The notes: generated by a model not told the origin, from the sequence alone. DNA of 64,000 nt from an uncultured bacterium (GCA_949285875.1 CASDZZ010000001.1:7110-71109), one strand, 5' to 3'. Positions 47,342-57,925 are shown, numbered from the stretch's first letter. Made by a program: numbers and translations.

Positions 47342-47342
47342 G

Positions 47343-48119
47343 ATGAAATTATATATTAAGTCATATAAAATGCATTTAAAATCTATTTTAGAATATAAAG
47401 CTTCTTTTATAATATCCTTTTTATCTCAAATACTAGTTTTCTTTTCTTACTATTTTATAATTTTAGCTTTATTTAATAGGTTTAGTAACATAAAAGGTTT
47501 TACTTTATACGAAGTCCTTTTATGCTTTTCAATAATTCAATTTGGCTATGCTTTTTGTGAAACTTTTGCAAGAGGTATAGATAAATTTGACAGATTGATA
47601 ATAAAAGGGGATTTCGATAGAATCCTTCTAAGACCTAAAGGAGTTATTTTACAAGTTTTATGCTCAGATGCTGATTACGTTAAAATATCAAGATTAATTC
47701 AAGCAATAATTATAATGGTAATAGCCTTAGTTAATTTAGATATAACTTTAACACCACTTAAAATAATTACTTTACTTCTTATGATTATAAGTGCTATAAC
47801 AATTTTCTTCGGTATCTTTTTACTTGCTGCATCTTACTGCTTTTTTACCGTGCAAGGGTTAGAGGTAAGAAACTTATTTACTGATGGAGGAAAGCATATG
47901 GCTCAGTATCCAATAGGTGTATTTAAGAAGGGATTCGTGATGTTTTTTACGTTTGTAATTCCTTATGCGTTTGTTAATTATTATCCGCTTTTATATTTTT
48001 TAGGTAAAAATAATAACGTTTTATATGCTTTTTCTCCTCTTATTGTATTTGTTTATTTAATTCCTTGTTTCATAATGTTTAATATTGGCTCTAAAAGGTA
48101 TGCTTCTGTTGGATCTTAA
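47343..48119 (+). CDS. ABC-2 family permease, module A
   Basis: Polytopic membrane protein. Adjacent to the preceding permease. Confidence 0.7.
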   Translation: MKLYIKSYKMHLKSILEYKASFIISFLSQILVFFSYYFIILALFNRFSNIKGFTLYEVLLCFSIIQFGYAFCETFARGIDKFDRLIIKGDFDRILLRPKGVILQVLCSDADYVKISRLIQAIIIMVIALVNLDITLTPLKIITLLLMIISAITIFFGIFLLAASYCFFTVQGLEVRNLFTDGGKHMAQYPIGVFKKGFVMFFTFVIPYAFVNYYPLLYFLGKNNNVLYAFSPLIVFVYLIPCFIMFNIGSKRYASVGS

Positions 48120-48186
48120 TTAATAAATAAAAAATAATCTTTTTATGATATAATTAGTTTAATATACATACTAGGAGGTACAATTT

Positions 48187-48399
48187 ATGGAAAATACTGA
48201 AAATTCTATAGTTCAAAAGTTAGTTTTGTTTTATGCTGGGCTTTTTAATCCTTTACTAGGATTTGCTATATATTTTATTATTAAAGATGATGAAAAGAAA
48301 AAACATATGGCCGAATTTATCCAAAGAGGTTCTATATTTGGAGTAGCTTTTATAATTATTGGATTAATAATTTATTCTATTTTTTTGATAATTATATAA
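48187..48399 (+). CDS. Small two-TM membrane protein
   Basis: RBS AGGAGGT. 70 aa. Confidence 0.5.
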   Translation: MENTENSIVQKLVLFYAGLFNPLLGFAIYFIIKDDEKKKHMAEFIQRGSIFGVAFIIIGLIIYSIFLIII

Positions 48400-48549
48400 T
48401 GCTTTCTAAAAAAATGACAACTGAAATATGTAAGGTTCTTGAGTATGTACTTATATAAAAAAAATAGTACATGTATGATAATCCTGATAAAAAAATAATT
48501 TATTTAGTTTCTAAAAAAGAAAGAAATATAATAATTTAATTTAAATATC

Positions 48550-48712
48550 TTGACATAAAAAAATATTTTAGTATAATTAAGGGCAAGTGAGAGGGTGTAA
48601 GTATAATGTTTGATGCTATATATATGAGCCATCCTGGGTTAATTGCCTACACGTACTTTTAGATTATAAAGCACGGAGTCACAAATAGAGGTTTGTGTTT
48701 CTGTGCTTTTTT
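48550..48712 (+). promoter_or_regulatory. Promoter + 18-aa leader ORF + intrinsic terminator upstream of a GNAT gene (candidate attenuator)
   Basis: TTGACA-16-TATAAT (48550..48577). Leader ORF at 48606..48662 (MFDAIYMSHPGLIAYTYF) behind GAGAGGGTG. Long hairpin at 48668..48709 plus a T-run. Confidence 0.4.
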
Positions 48713-48746
48713 GTTTGGAGCATAAACTTAGAAAGAAGGCAAAAAG

Positions 48747-49277
48747 ATGAAATATTTTGAAAAAATTAAAGGGGAAAGAATATATCTATCTCCAGTAAGT
48801 TAAGAAGATGCTGAAATTTACACTAAGTGGTTTAAAAACAAAAAATTAGCTGAAAGTTTAGGCAAAAATTATAAAGAAGAAAATTTAGGTAACCAAAAAA
48901 AATGGATTTCTGAAGCATTAAAAAAGGGATATCACACTTTTGGAATTGTTAAATATAGTGATGATACGCTTTTAGGAAATATTAGCATTATGGATGTCGA
49001 AACAGTAAACAAAATTGGCACTTTATCTATTTTTGTTGGAGAAGAAAAAGAAAGAAATAAGGGTTATGGGACTGAAGCTTTAAAATTATTACTTGATTAT
49101 GGATTTAATGTTTTAAATCTTAATAATATAAATTTGTCAGTTTTTAGCTTTAATAAAAGAGCAATAGATTTTTATAAAAATATTGGTTTTAAAGAGTATG
49201 GTGTAAGACATGAAAGTTATTTTTTGAATGGAGAATATCATGATGAAATATTTATGGAAATATTGAAGAAAGATTAA
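48747..49277 (+). pseudogene. GNAT (RimJ/RimL-like) acetyltransferase with an in-frame TAA at codon 19
   Basis: MKYFEKIKGERIYLSPVS*EDAEIYTKWF... The stop is at 48801..48803. The GNAT core (NKGYGTEAL) is downstream. Confidence 0.65.
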
Positions 49278-49333
49278 GTGGAATATAAGAATATGTGATT
49301 TTAATATAAAGAAAATTAAAGAGGTAATGGTTT

Positions 49334-49864
49334 ATGAAAGATTTAATTAGAAAAGCAAAAATAGAGGATGCTAAGAAAATTGCCGCTGTAGTTGCAACTG
49401 CATGGCAAGAAACTTATAGAGGAATAGTAAATGATGAGTACTTGGATAATTTGACTAATGAGATTCCAAATATGACTGAAAGATATATAAAAAAAATAAA
49501 AGAAGGGGTAGATTTAGTTCTGGTTTTAGAGGTTGATGAAAAAATAGTTGGATTTACAAGTTATGGTAAAGCTAAAAATGAAGAAAAATATCCTTCATAT
49601 GGAGAAATATATGCCCTTTATATAATTGATGGTTATAAGGGCTTGAGGTTTGGAAAAAAATTAGTTATTGAAGCAGCTAAGGGATTAATAAACTTAGGTT
49701 ATAAAGAAATGGTGATAGGTTGTCTTGTAGGTAATCCTTCCAACAGTTTTTATAAATATTTGGGTGGTATAAAAAAAGATAAAGCTATATTTAAAAGAGC
49801 TGGTCAAGACTTAGACGAAAATTATTATTACTATGATAATATAAAATCATTAGTTAAAAAGTAA
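49334..49864 (+). CDS. GNAT N-acetyltransferase
   Basis: YIIDGYKGLRFGKKLV and NSFYKYLGG motifs. 176 aa. Confidence 0.75.
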   Translation: MKDLIRKAKIEDAKKIAAVVATAWQETYRGIVNDEYLDNLTNEIPNMTERYIKKIKEGVDLVLVLEVDEKIVGFTSYGKAKNEEKYPSYGEIYALYIIDGYKGLRFGKKLVIEAAKGLINLGYKEMVIGCLVGNPSNSFYKYLGGIKKDKAIFKRAGQDLDENYYYYDNIKSLVKK

Positions 49865-49891
49865 TTATTGTAAGAAATTAAAGAAAGGTAA

Positions 49892-50881
49892 GTGAGTAGT
49901 GTGAACATAATTGAAATAAAGCATTTATCTAAAACGTTTAAAATAAAGGAAAAAGAAAAAGGTTTTATTGGTAGTTTAAAATCTATTTTTAAACCAAAAT
50001 ATAAAATTAAAAAAGCAGTTAATAACATTAATTTAACCGTAGAAAAAGGTGAAATACTAGCGTTTATCGGACCTAATGGAGCAGGGAAGTCTACTACTAT
50101 AAAAATGCTTACTGGAATTCTTATGCCAACTAAAGGAGAATCGTTAGTAGCGGGTATAAATCCAGCTAGGCAAAGAAAAAAGCTAGCATATAAAATAGGT
50201 ACGGTATTTGGGCAAAAAGAACAGCTATGGACCCATTTAACCCCATATGATAATTTTAAGTTTTTTGGAGCAATCTATGATCTTAAAAATTATGAGATAG
50301 ATAAAAGAATTAAAGAACTAAGTGATACTTTAGAACTAGATGATTTTATTAATACACCAGTTAGAAACTTATCTTTAGGCCAAAGAATAAGATGTGAAAT
50401 AGCAGCTAGCTTAATCCATAATCCAAATATTTTATTTTTAGATGAACCTACCATTGGTCTTGATCCTGTTGTTAAAGAAAATATTAGGGTTTTAATTAAA
50501 CGAATGAATAAAGAATTTGGTACAACTATTTTTTTAACATCACATGACGTAGGAGATATAGAAAAACTATGCAAAAGGGTTGTAATAATAAATGATGGAA
50601 AAGTAGTACTTGATGATTCTATGGAAAATTTAAAGTATCACTATTTAAATAAAAAAATAGTCGAAGTTAAGATGAAGGAAAAAGTTAATTTAAAAGACGA
50701 AGAAGGTATCACAATTTTAAAAGATAAAGGTTATAACTTAAAACTTTCTATTGATATAGAAAAGAAGAATATTACTGACGTAATTAAATTACTTAATCCA
50801 GACAACCTAATAGATATTAACATATCTAATGAACCACTTGAAAACATTATTTCAAATATATATAAGGAAAGCAAAAAATAA
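49892..50881 (+). CDS. ABC transporter ATP-binding protein (ABC-2 type), module B
   Basis: GPNGAGKST, LSLGQRIR, LFLDEPTIGLD. Paralog of 45561..46541. Confidence 0.85.
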   Translation: MSSVNIIEIKHLSKTFKIKEKEKGFIGSLKSIFKPKYKIKKAVNNINLTVEKGEILAFIGPNGAGKSTTIKMLTGILMPTKGESLVAGINPARQRKKLAYKIGTVFGQKEQLWTHLTPYDNFKFFGAIYDLKNYEIDKRIKELSDTLELDDFINTPVRNLSLGQRIRCEIAASLIHNPNILFLDEPTIGLDPVVKENIRVLIKRMNKEFGTTIFLTSHDVGDIEKLCKRVVIINDGKVVLDDSMENLKYHYLNKKIVEVKMKEKVNLKDEEGITILKDKGYNLKLSIDIEKKNITDVIKLLNPDNLIDINISNEPLENIISNIYKESKK

Positions 50882-51675
50882 TGAGAAAATATTTTTCAAT
50901 TTATAAAGCTACTTTATTAGAAAATTTACAGTACACTAAGGGTATATTTCTTTCTTTTATAGGTACTGGTATTCATATTTTTATATTTTTTGCATTATGG
51001 AAATATTTATATTCAAGTGGTGATAAAGAAATAATTAATGGTTATACTTTTGTTCAAATGATTTGGTATGTTACCTTTACTGAGTTTTTAACTCATTTTT
51101 CTAATAGTATAATATTAAGAAAACAGCCTTCCACTGATATAAGTAATGGTAATATTGCTTACGTAATAAATAAACCATATAGTTATACTGGTTATATATT
51201 TTCAAGATTTTTTGGTGAAAGTACCATTAAATTAGTGGTAACTTTACTGTGTTCTTTAACTTTAGGAATTATTCTAATTGGACCACTTAGTACTTTTTCC
51301 GTTAAATATTTACCATTAATTATAATAACAATGTTTTTTGGTGTAATAATTTCTGCTTTAATTAGACTTATTATTAGCTATTTATCTTTTTGGGTAGAAA
51401 ACTCTGAACCGTTTCAGTGGCTTTTTAAAACAGTATTTTTAATATTTGGAGTTACTTTTCCTTTAGAAATGTTTCCCGTATGGTTACAGCCGGTAATAAG
51501 ATATTCTCCTATTTATGCGGCTTTATCTGGTCCAGTTAAAATGATAGTTGATTTTAATATTTCTGAATATTTGCTTGTTGTTATATCTCAATTATTTTAT
51601 ATTGTTTTATTACTTGCAATACTTGTTTTTGAATATAAGAAAGGAGTTGAAAAACTAAATGTTAACGGTGGCTAA
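50881..51675 (+). CDS. ABC-2 family permease, module B
   Basis: Polytopic membrane protein. Same order as module A. Confidence 0.7.
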   Translation: MRKYFSIYKATLLENLQYTKGIFLSFIGTGIHIFIFFALWKYLYSSGDKEIINGYTFVQMIWYVTFTEFLTHFSNSIILRKQPSTDISNGNIAYVINKPYSYTGYIFSRFFGESTIKLVVTLLCSLTLGIILIGPLSTFSVKYLPLIIITMFFGVIISALIRLIISYLSFWVENSEPFQWLFKTVFLIFGVTFPLEMFPVWLQPVIRYSPIYAALSGPVKMIVDFNISEYLLVVISQLFYIVLLLAILVFEYKKGVEKLNVNGG

Positions 51676-52450
51676 AAATCAATTTAAAGTTTCTTTATTA
51701 TCTATTAAATATAACATACTAAGGTCAATGGTAAATAAGTCGTCATTTTTATTTAGCGTACTTTTAATGTTTATTTCTAATGCGTCTTTTCTTATTCAGT
51801 GGGTAGTTATATTTTCAGTTTCAGACGGAGCGGATTTTACGATGAAACAGGTACTTCTTTTGTGGGGAGTAATAGCTTGTTCATATGGACTTTCTAATAT
51901 AATTTTTGGTGGTGTTCATTACTTACCTGAATATATTATAAATGGAAAGTTAGATGCTTACTTAGTTCAACCTAAAAACGTTTTACTTAGTGTTATGACT
52001 TCACATACTTCGGTAAGTGCATTTGGTGATGTGATATATGGCTATGTAGTTATTTTATTAGCATCACCTAACTTAGTAAGTTTTATGTATGCTACGTTAT
52101 TTTCCATAACTGGTGCAATTATATATGCTTGCTTTATTATAATCTTATATTCCTCTATATTTTATAGTATAAATTATAGAGAACTGGTTGGGAGTTTGAC
52201 TAGAATTCCAACTTCCTTTGGTACTTACCCTGATAATATTTTTGATGGAGTTCTAAAAATCCTATTATATACTATTTTCCCAATAGGATTTATTGTTTAT
52301 CTTCCGGTAAAAGTTTTATTATATAATAACATTTTGTTTGCTATTTACATAGTTTTATTTGCTTTATTTATCGTGTTATTAGCTTCTACCATCTTTTATT
52401 TAGGACTAAAAAGATATTCATCTACTAATTTAATGAGTGCAAGAGTATAA
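51659..52450 (+). CDS. ABC-2 family permease, module B
   Basis: Polytopic membrane protein. 17-nt overlap with the preceding gene. Confidence 0.7.
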   Translation: MLTVAKNQFKVSLLSIKYNILRSMVNKSSFLFSVLLMFISNASFLIQWVVIFSVSDGADFTMKQVLLLWGVIACSYGLSNIIFGGVHYLPEYIINGKLDAYLVQPKNVLLSVMTSHTSVSAFGDVIYGYVVILLASPNLVSFMYATLFSITGAIIYACFIIILYSSIFYSINYRELVGSLTRIPTSFGTYPDNIFDGVLKILLYTIFPIGFIVYLPVKVLLYNNILFAIYIVLFALFIVLLASTIFYLGLKRYSSTNLMSARV

Positions 52451-52463
52451 AAAGAAATGAAAA

Positions 52464-52973
52464 CTAATTAATTTTCATTTCTTTTATTATGTTATCATAA
52501 ATATCTTTAATAATAATTTTATTATTATTAAAAATTATATAGCTTTTATTATAACCAAGTCTAGGTTTTCCTAAACTTCCGGGATTAGCATATATTATAT
52601 TTTCTTTATATAATAATGGTACGTGGGTATGACCTGATATAAATATATCGCCATGATTATTAGGTAAAAAATCTTTAGAATACTTATAGCCATGAGTTAA
52701 TGTAATGTTATGGTTATTTAATAGTAAAGTAATAACTTCGTTGTAACTAACATTATATTTTTCATAATTTATTTGATAGTCACAATTTCCTTTAATTAAA
52801 ATAAGTTTATCTTTGTATTCGGTTATTAACTTCATAACATTTTCATTATTTGGGTTATAATCATAAGAAAATAAGTCTCCTAATACTATTAATTTATCAA
52901 ATTTTTCTTTCTCTAGTACTTTATTTAAGCTAATGTAATCACCGTGTATATCTGAAACTATTAGTAGATGCAT
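52464..52973 (-). CDS. YfcE-type metallophosphoesterase
   Basis: VSDIHGD, GDLF, GNCD, LTHG, GHTH. Confidence 0.8.
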   Translation of the reverse strand: MHLLIVSDIHGDYISLNKVLEKEKFDKLIVLGDLFSYDYNPNNENVMKLITEYKDKLILIKGNCDYQINYEKYNVSYNEVITLLLNNHNITLTHGYKYSKDFLPNNHGDIFISGHTHVPLLYKENIIYANPGSLGKPRLGYNKSYIIFNNNKIIIKDIYDNIIKEMKIN

Positions 52974-53154
52974 TTAAATCACCATAACTATTATATCATA
53001 ATTAACTTTTTTACAAAAATTTACATTTTTATTATAAATTTTATAAAATACTTAAATTTATTGTTTTAATTTATAATATTTTTGATATAATGAAAAAGCC
53101 CCTAAAAAACGGAGGCTATTTTTAACTAAACAACAGTGAATAGGGAGTGGATAT

Positions 53155-53319
53155 ATGGATATAATTTTAAATATAAAAAATAGTGCATTAAGCACTTTAT
53201 CAATTGTAAAAGAAGCAGTTAATGAAAATAATAACCAAGGAATTGTTATTATTGGAATGATTGTTGTAATTGTATGCCTTATTATTTATACGATTGCAAA
53301 AAATAAGGGTAAGTGTTGA
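53155..53319 (+). CDS. Small single-TM protein, 54 aa
   Basis: RBS GGGAGTGG. MDIILNIK...QGIVIIGMIVVIVCLIIYTIAKNKGKC. Followed by hairpins and a terminator at about 53377..53408. Confidence 0.4.
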   Translation: MDIILNIKNSALSTLSIVKEAVNENNNQGIVIIGMIVVIVCLIIYTIAKNKGKC

Positions 53320-53549
53320 CGTAAATTTGTGTCAACGCTGTTTATCATTAATAAAAAAATTAAAGTTTAAATAATGGGGCTAATTACTGTGGTAATTAGT
53401 TTTTTTTAAATAGAGTAAATTTTACATGTAGATGGTATGTATATTGTTTTGTTTATCTTTTTATGTTAAATTATAATTGTAATAAAACTATCACATAATA
53501 GGCTGTATCAAGTAGGTGATAGAAATGAAAATGAGGGGAGGCTTTATTT

Positions 53550-53585
53550 ATGGGCTGGTTAAATATGTTACTTAGATGGATCTAG
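53550..53585 (+). CDS. Mini-ORF, 11 aa (MGWLNMLLRWI), with its own terminator
   Basis: RBS GAGGGGAGG 8 nt upstream. A terminator at 53599..53632 follows. Confidence 0.3.
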   Translation: MGWLNMLLRWI

Positions 53586-53598
53586 TGTGTAGTATTAT

Positions 53599-53632
53599 AA
53601 GGAAGGTATGTTTACATATCTTTCTTTTTTTT
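53599..53632 (+). terminator. Intrinsic terminator after the mini-ORF
   Basis: AAGGAAGGTATG-TTTA-CATATCTTTCTT (two G-T pairs) plus a T-run. Confidence 0.55.
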
Positions 53633-53682
53633 ATTGATTTTAACAGCTGATTTTGCTAATATTAAATTAGTGGAGGCTTGAA

Positions 53683-54330
53683 ATGAAAGAAAAAGAAAAG
53701 AGTAATATTTTTATTAAATCAATATTAGTTATAATATCATATTTTGCGTTACCATACATAATTGCACTTATATCTAATTCTAAATTAATTGATATAATGC
53801 TATATTTGTTATACGGTCTTATATTGATATTTTTGTACAAACAAGTTTTTATTTCTGATTTTAAAGATATCAGGAAAAATTGGAAGAAGCTTTTAAAAAG
53901 TATGTTTATAAGCATAATTTTAATATTTGTTTCAATGGTTTTGATAAACTTAATAGTTAGTGTTTTATTTAATGTTAAAGAAACTTCTGAAAATGATTAT
54001 TCACTGCTTAATATGTTTAATGAAAATCCTATAATTATTATTGTATTGACATGTGTTTATTATCCTTTAGTTGAAGGTATAATTTTTAGAAAAACTGTAA
54101 GGGACATAATTGATAAAAAATGGTTTTTTATAATATTTTCTTCTTTATTTTATTTCTTTTTTAATGTTGTTTATACGTCCTTAAGTTTTGATAATATATT
54201 AGCTTCGTTATGTTACATAACAACCATGATGATTGTTTCAAATTTATATTGGAAAACAAATAATTTTACGCTTAGCATATTTGCAATGGCTTTATTTAAC
54301 TTAATAGTTTGCGCATTAAGATTTTTATAA
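53683..54330 (+). CDS. CPBP (CAAX protease/bacteriocin-processing)-like intramembrane protein with degenerate motifs
   Basis: Multi-TM. PLVEGIIFRK resembles the EExxxR motif with one Glu. The His motifs were not recognised. Confidence 0.45.
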   Translation: MKEKEKSNIFIKSILVIISYFALPYIIALISNSKLIDIMLYLLYGLILIFLYKQVFISDFKDIRKNWKKLLKSMFISIILIFVSMVLINLIVSVLFNVKETSENDYSLLNMFNENPIIIIVLTCVYYPLVEGIIFRKTVRDIIDKKWFFIIFSSLFYFFFNVVYTSLSFDNILASLCYITTMMIVSNLYWKTNNFTLSIFAMALFNLIVCALRFL

Positions 54331-54347
54331 AATAAGGAGGCGTGCTT

Positions 54348-54938
54348 ATGGAAAGAAAAACTCTAATTATTTTCTTAGCTATAGTCTTATTTTTTGCTGG
54401 CATGAGCAGTATTAGTGCCTCAAGTAATTTATTAAAAACAGAAACAAAAGACAAAGTTATATTTATTCAAGGAGAAAAAGGCCATTTTAATTATTCTTGG
54501 ACCTTTGATAAAAATGAGTTTAAAAAAAATGAATTTGAATTTGATATGAATATTAAATTTGAAAGTCCAAATATAACAAGAATAAATAAACTAATTAATA
54601 ATAATATAAAAAAACAGATGATATCATTTGATTATCATGGTAATTTACCATCTTTAGCTACCATTAAAGTTCCTGTTAGCAAAAACTTTAAAGATGGTGA
54701 TAGACTTAATTTGTATTATTATAATGATTTGACAAATAAGATAGAAGAAGTAGATACTAATTTAAAAGTAATAAATGGATTTGTTTCTTTTGATATAAAA
54801 CACTGTTCTGATTATTTCCTTACTTTATCAATAGTTAAAGAAGCAGGAGCAAAAAGTAATAACGGAATAATCATTATTGGGATGCTAGTTATAATTGTAG
54901 GTTTAATTGGCTATACTTTTTTTAAAAATAAAAAATAA
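54348..54938 (+). CDS. Secreted protein with a C-terminal TM anchor, hypothetical
   Basis: Signal peptide, C-terminal IIIIGMLVIIVGLIGYTFF. RBS AAGGAGG. Confidence 0.5.
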   Translation: MERKTLIIFLAIVLFFAGMSSISASSNLLKTETKDKVIFIQGEKGHFNYSWTFDKNEFKKNEFEFDMNIKFESPNITRINKLINNNIKKQMISFDYHGNLPSLATIKVPVSKNFKDGDRLNLYYYNDLTNKIEEVDTNLKVINGFVSFDIKHCSDYFLTLSIVKEAGAKSNNGIIIIGMLVIIVGLIGYTFFKNKK

Positions 54939-55020
54939 TGGATTGACATTATTTTTTTATTTTGATTGTAAAGTTAAATTTTATTTGCTATAATTAACAT
55001 GATAATAGGGGTGATATTTT

Positions 55021-55371
55021 ATGAAGTCTAATAAAGGTCAAGCACTGGTTGAATTTGCAATTATATTACCAATAACTTTGATTTTAATTTTCACGATAAT
55101 TGATTTTGGTAGGATTATAACTTTAAAAAATGATTTACAAAGTGTTACTTCTGATGTTGTTACTTTTTATCAAAATGGAAAAGAAGAAGCAGAAATAAAA
55201 AATATAATAAATGAAAATAGAAAAGATAAATTAGATATTATAATTACTGTAAAGGGTGAGTATGCTACCGTAAGTGTTAGTAAAAAAATAAAACCTATCA
55301 CCCCAGGGTTAAGTTATATTAGTGATTCAATTTTTAATGTGTCTGTGTCAAGGGTAATAAGAAATGAATAG
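55021..55371 (+). CDS. TadE-like pilus assembly protein
   Basis: KGQALVEFAIILPITLILIF N-terminus. Confidence 0.7.
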   Translation: MKSNKGQALVEFAIILPITLILIFTIIDFGRIITLKNDLQSVTSDVVTFYQNGKEEAEIKNIINENRKDKLDIIITVKGEYATVSVSKKIKPITPGLSYISDSIFNVSVSRVIRNE

Positions 55372-55396
55372 TTAAAATAGTTTGAGGGTGATATAT

Positions 55397-55798
55397 ATGA
55401 AAAAATTATCCAGTAAAGGACAAGCTTTAGTAATTTTTGTAATATTTGTCCCGGTAATTATTATGGTAGGAACATTAATTATTGATGTTGGTTTTGCTAG
55501 ATATAATTCTAATAATCTGAATGATATAACTAAGTTGGTTATTAGATATGGGCTTAAAAATATTGATTCTGATCCATATAATAAAATGGTTGATTTGTTA
55601 TATCAGAATGATAGTGATATTGATAATTATAGTATTGAAATAGACGTAGAAAATAAAACTATTAAGATGAGCGTTGATAAAGCTACAAAAGGTTTTTTTG
55701 GAAGTATTGTAGGAAAAGAAATATATAAAGAAAAAAGTTCTTATATAGGCTATATAAAAGATGAAAAATATATTATAGAAAAGGATGATTTAAAATGA
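55397..55798 (+). CDS. TadE/TadG-like pilus assembly protein
   Basis: KGQALVIFVIFVPVIIMVGTLIIDVG N-terminus. Confidence 0.6.
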   Translation: MKKLSSKGQALVIFVIFVPVIIMVGTLIIDVGFARYNSNNLNDITKLVIRYGLKNIDSDPYNKMVDLLYQNDSDIDNYSIEIDVENKTIKMSVDKATKGFFGSIVGKEIYKEKSSYIGYIKDEKYIIEKDDLK

Positions 55799-56583
55799 AA
55801 AAAGGTGCTGCAAAGGTAATAACTGTATTTTCTTGTAAGGGTGGGGTAGGAAAAACTACCACAACGCTTAACCTAGCTGGTATTTATAGTTTAATGGATA
55901 AAAAAGTTTTGATAATGGATTTGGATTTAAATAGTGGTGGCATTGGTGTTAGCCTAAATATAGATATTAATAAGACTATTTATAATGTAGTTGATGATAT
56001 GAGCAATAATAGATTTGAAAGTATATATAACTATATTTCAAGATATAATGAAAAAATAGATGTTCTTGCGGCTCCTAAAGATCCAAGAAATGCTCTTAAA
56101 ATAGACTCTAAATATTTAAAGTTAATTATAACTTCATGTATTTATAAGTATGATGTTATCTTGATTGATACTTCTCATAATTTAACTCCTATTTCTCTAA
56201 CAGCTTTAGATAATAGTGATAATACATTATTTATGATTACTAATGATCCGGTTGATTTAAAAAATGCTCGTAGTATGATAGCAATTTTTGAAGATACTGA
56301 AAATAAAAACTATAAAGTTGTTTACAATTCTTCAAAAGATACAGGAAAAGACTATTTTTCTTTGTTCGATATTAGAAATATTATAAAACATAATATAGAT
56401 TATACAATTGATAAGAGTTTTTACATTAAGGATATAGATAAATATGTAATAGATGGTAAAATTATTACTTTAGATAGTAAGATAAGAAGTAATAAGAAAA
56501 GTGACGTTATGAAGCTTACTAAATTAGCTACTTCTTTAATTGAACCTAGAAAGTTAGAAAAGGGGGAAAATAAGAATGTCTAA
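55795..56583 (+). CDS. ParA/MinD-type ATPase (CpaE/TadZ-like)
   Basis: Deviant Walker A FSCKGGVGKTTT. Confidence 0.75.
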   Translation: MKKGAAKVITVFSCKGGVGKTTTTLNLAGIYSLMDKKVLIMDLDLNSGGIGVSLNIDINKTIYNVVDDMSNNRFESIYNYISRYNEKIDVLAAPKDPRNALKIDSKYLKLIITSCIYKYDVILIDTSHNLTPISLTALDNSDNTLFMITNDPVDLKNARSMIAIFEDTENKNYKVVYNSSKDTGKDYFSLFDIRNIIKHNIDYTIDKSFYIKDIDKYVIDGKIITLDSKIRSNKKSDVMKLTKLATSLIEPRKLEKGENKNV

Positions 56584-57910
56584 GAAAAAATTGATGGACT
56601 TTTTTGAAGTCAAGGAAGAAAAAGTACAAACTAAACCAGTAGCAGATTATGATATTTTTAAAGATAAGGAACTTTTGGATAATTTAAGAAATACTATAAT
56701 TTCTAATCTTATTGACGATAAAATTCCTAATAATAAGCTTCTTCATGAATATATAAATGATGAAATTGATAAAGCCTTATTGGGTTATGATTTGACGAAT
56801 CTTGAAAGAAGTCATATTTTTAACCTTATTGATAACGAGATAAATGGTTATGGGCCAATTACTGAACTTTTGGAAGACCCTAATATTACCGAAATAATGG
56901 TAAATGGAAAAAATGAGGTATATGTTGAGATAGATGGACAAATAAGTAAAGATGATTCGGTTTCATTTATAAATGATGAGCATATTGTTAGAACAATTCA
57001 AAAAATAGTACAGCCTTTAGGAAGAACTATTGATACCGCTAACCCTATGGTTGATGCCAGATTAGAAGATGGTTCAAGATTAAATGCTGTTATACCACCT
57101 CTTTCTTTAAAAGGGCCTGTTGTTACCATAAGAAAGTTTAGAAGGGACATGGAATCTATCGAGGATTTTTTAAGAACAGGTGCTATGACTCCTTATATGG
57201 CAAGGTTTTTGGATGCTGCAGTTAGAGCCAAGCTTAATATTATAATATGTGGTGGAACGGGTAGTGGTAAAACAACTCTTTTAAATGCGTTATCTTCTTT
57301 TATTGGAAACCATGAAAGAATAATTACCATAGAGGATGCTGCGGAGTTAAGATTACATCAGAGCCACGTAATTAGTCTTGAAACAAGATTGGTTAATTAT
57401 GAAGGAACTGGAGAAGTTACAATTAGAGATTTAGTAATAAATTCTCTTCGTATGAGACCAGATAGAATAATAGTAGGTGAAGTTCGTGGTAAAGAAGCTT
57501 TTGATATGCTTCAAGCTATGAATACGGGACATGATGGATCTCTTACAACAATGCATGCTAATAGTCCCACCGATGCTTTAAATAGGCTTGAAACAATGGT
57601 CTTGATGGCCGGAATGGAAATACCTATTAAAGCAATACGTGAATATATTGAAAACGCTATAGACTTAGTTATAAATATTACGAGACTATCAGACGGAAGA
57701 AGAAAAGTAACAAGTATTTGTGAAGTTGATGGTTTTAAAGATGACATAATAGAATTAAAAGAAATTTTCTCATTTAAACAAACAGGTTTAACTTCTAATG
57801 GTGAAGTTGATGGCGCTTTTGATTTAAAAAAGAGGATGCCTTCTGTATACAAGAAGATAAAGAGTAAAGGCATTGATGATTTGGAAGATATTTTTAAATT
57901 TAAAAACTAA
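56576..57910 (+). CDS. CpaF/TadA-family secretion ATPase
   Basis: [36 protein letters not shown]. Confidence 0.9.
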   Translation: MSKKKLMDFFEVKEEKVQTKPVADYDIFKDKELLDNLRNTIISNLIDDKIPNNKLLHEYINDEIDKALLGYDLTNLERSHIFNLIDNEINGYGPITELLEDPNITEIMVNGKNEVYVEIDGQISKDDSVSFINDEHIVRTIQKIVQPLGRTIDTANPMVDARLEDGSRLNAVIPPLSLKGPVVTIRKFRRDMESIEDFLRTGAMTPYMARFLDAAVRAKLNIIICGGTGSGKTTLLNALSSFIGNHERIITIEDAAELRLHQSHVISLETRLVNYEGTGEVTIRDLVINSLRMRPDRIIVGEVRGKEAFDMLQAMNTGHDGSLTTMHANSPTDALNRLETMVLMAGMEIPIKAIREYIENAIDLVINITRLSDGRRKVTSICEVDGFKDDIIELKEIFSFKQTGLTSNGEVDGAFDLKKRMPSVYKKIKSKGIDDLEDIFKFKN

Positions 57911-57925
57911 AGGAAGTGAAATATT

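Noticed and set aside
53155-53319. The 54-aa single-TM protein as the missing Flp pilin of the Tad locus.
   Set aside because: It has ...NNNQG followed by a hydrophobic helix, but lacks the Flp G/xxxxEY processing motif. It is also separated from the Tad genes by two unrelated genes.
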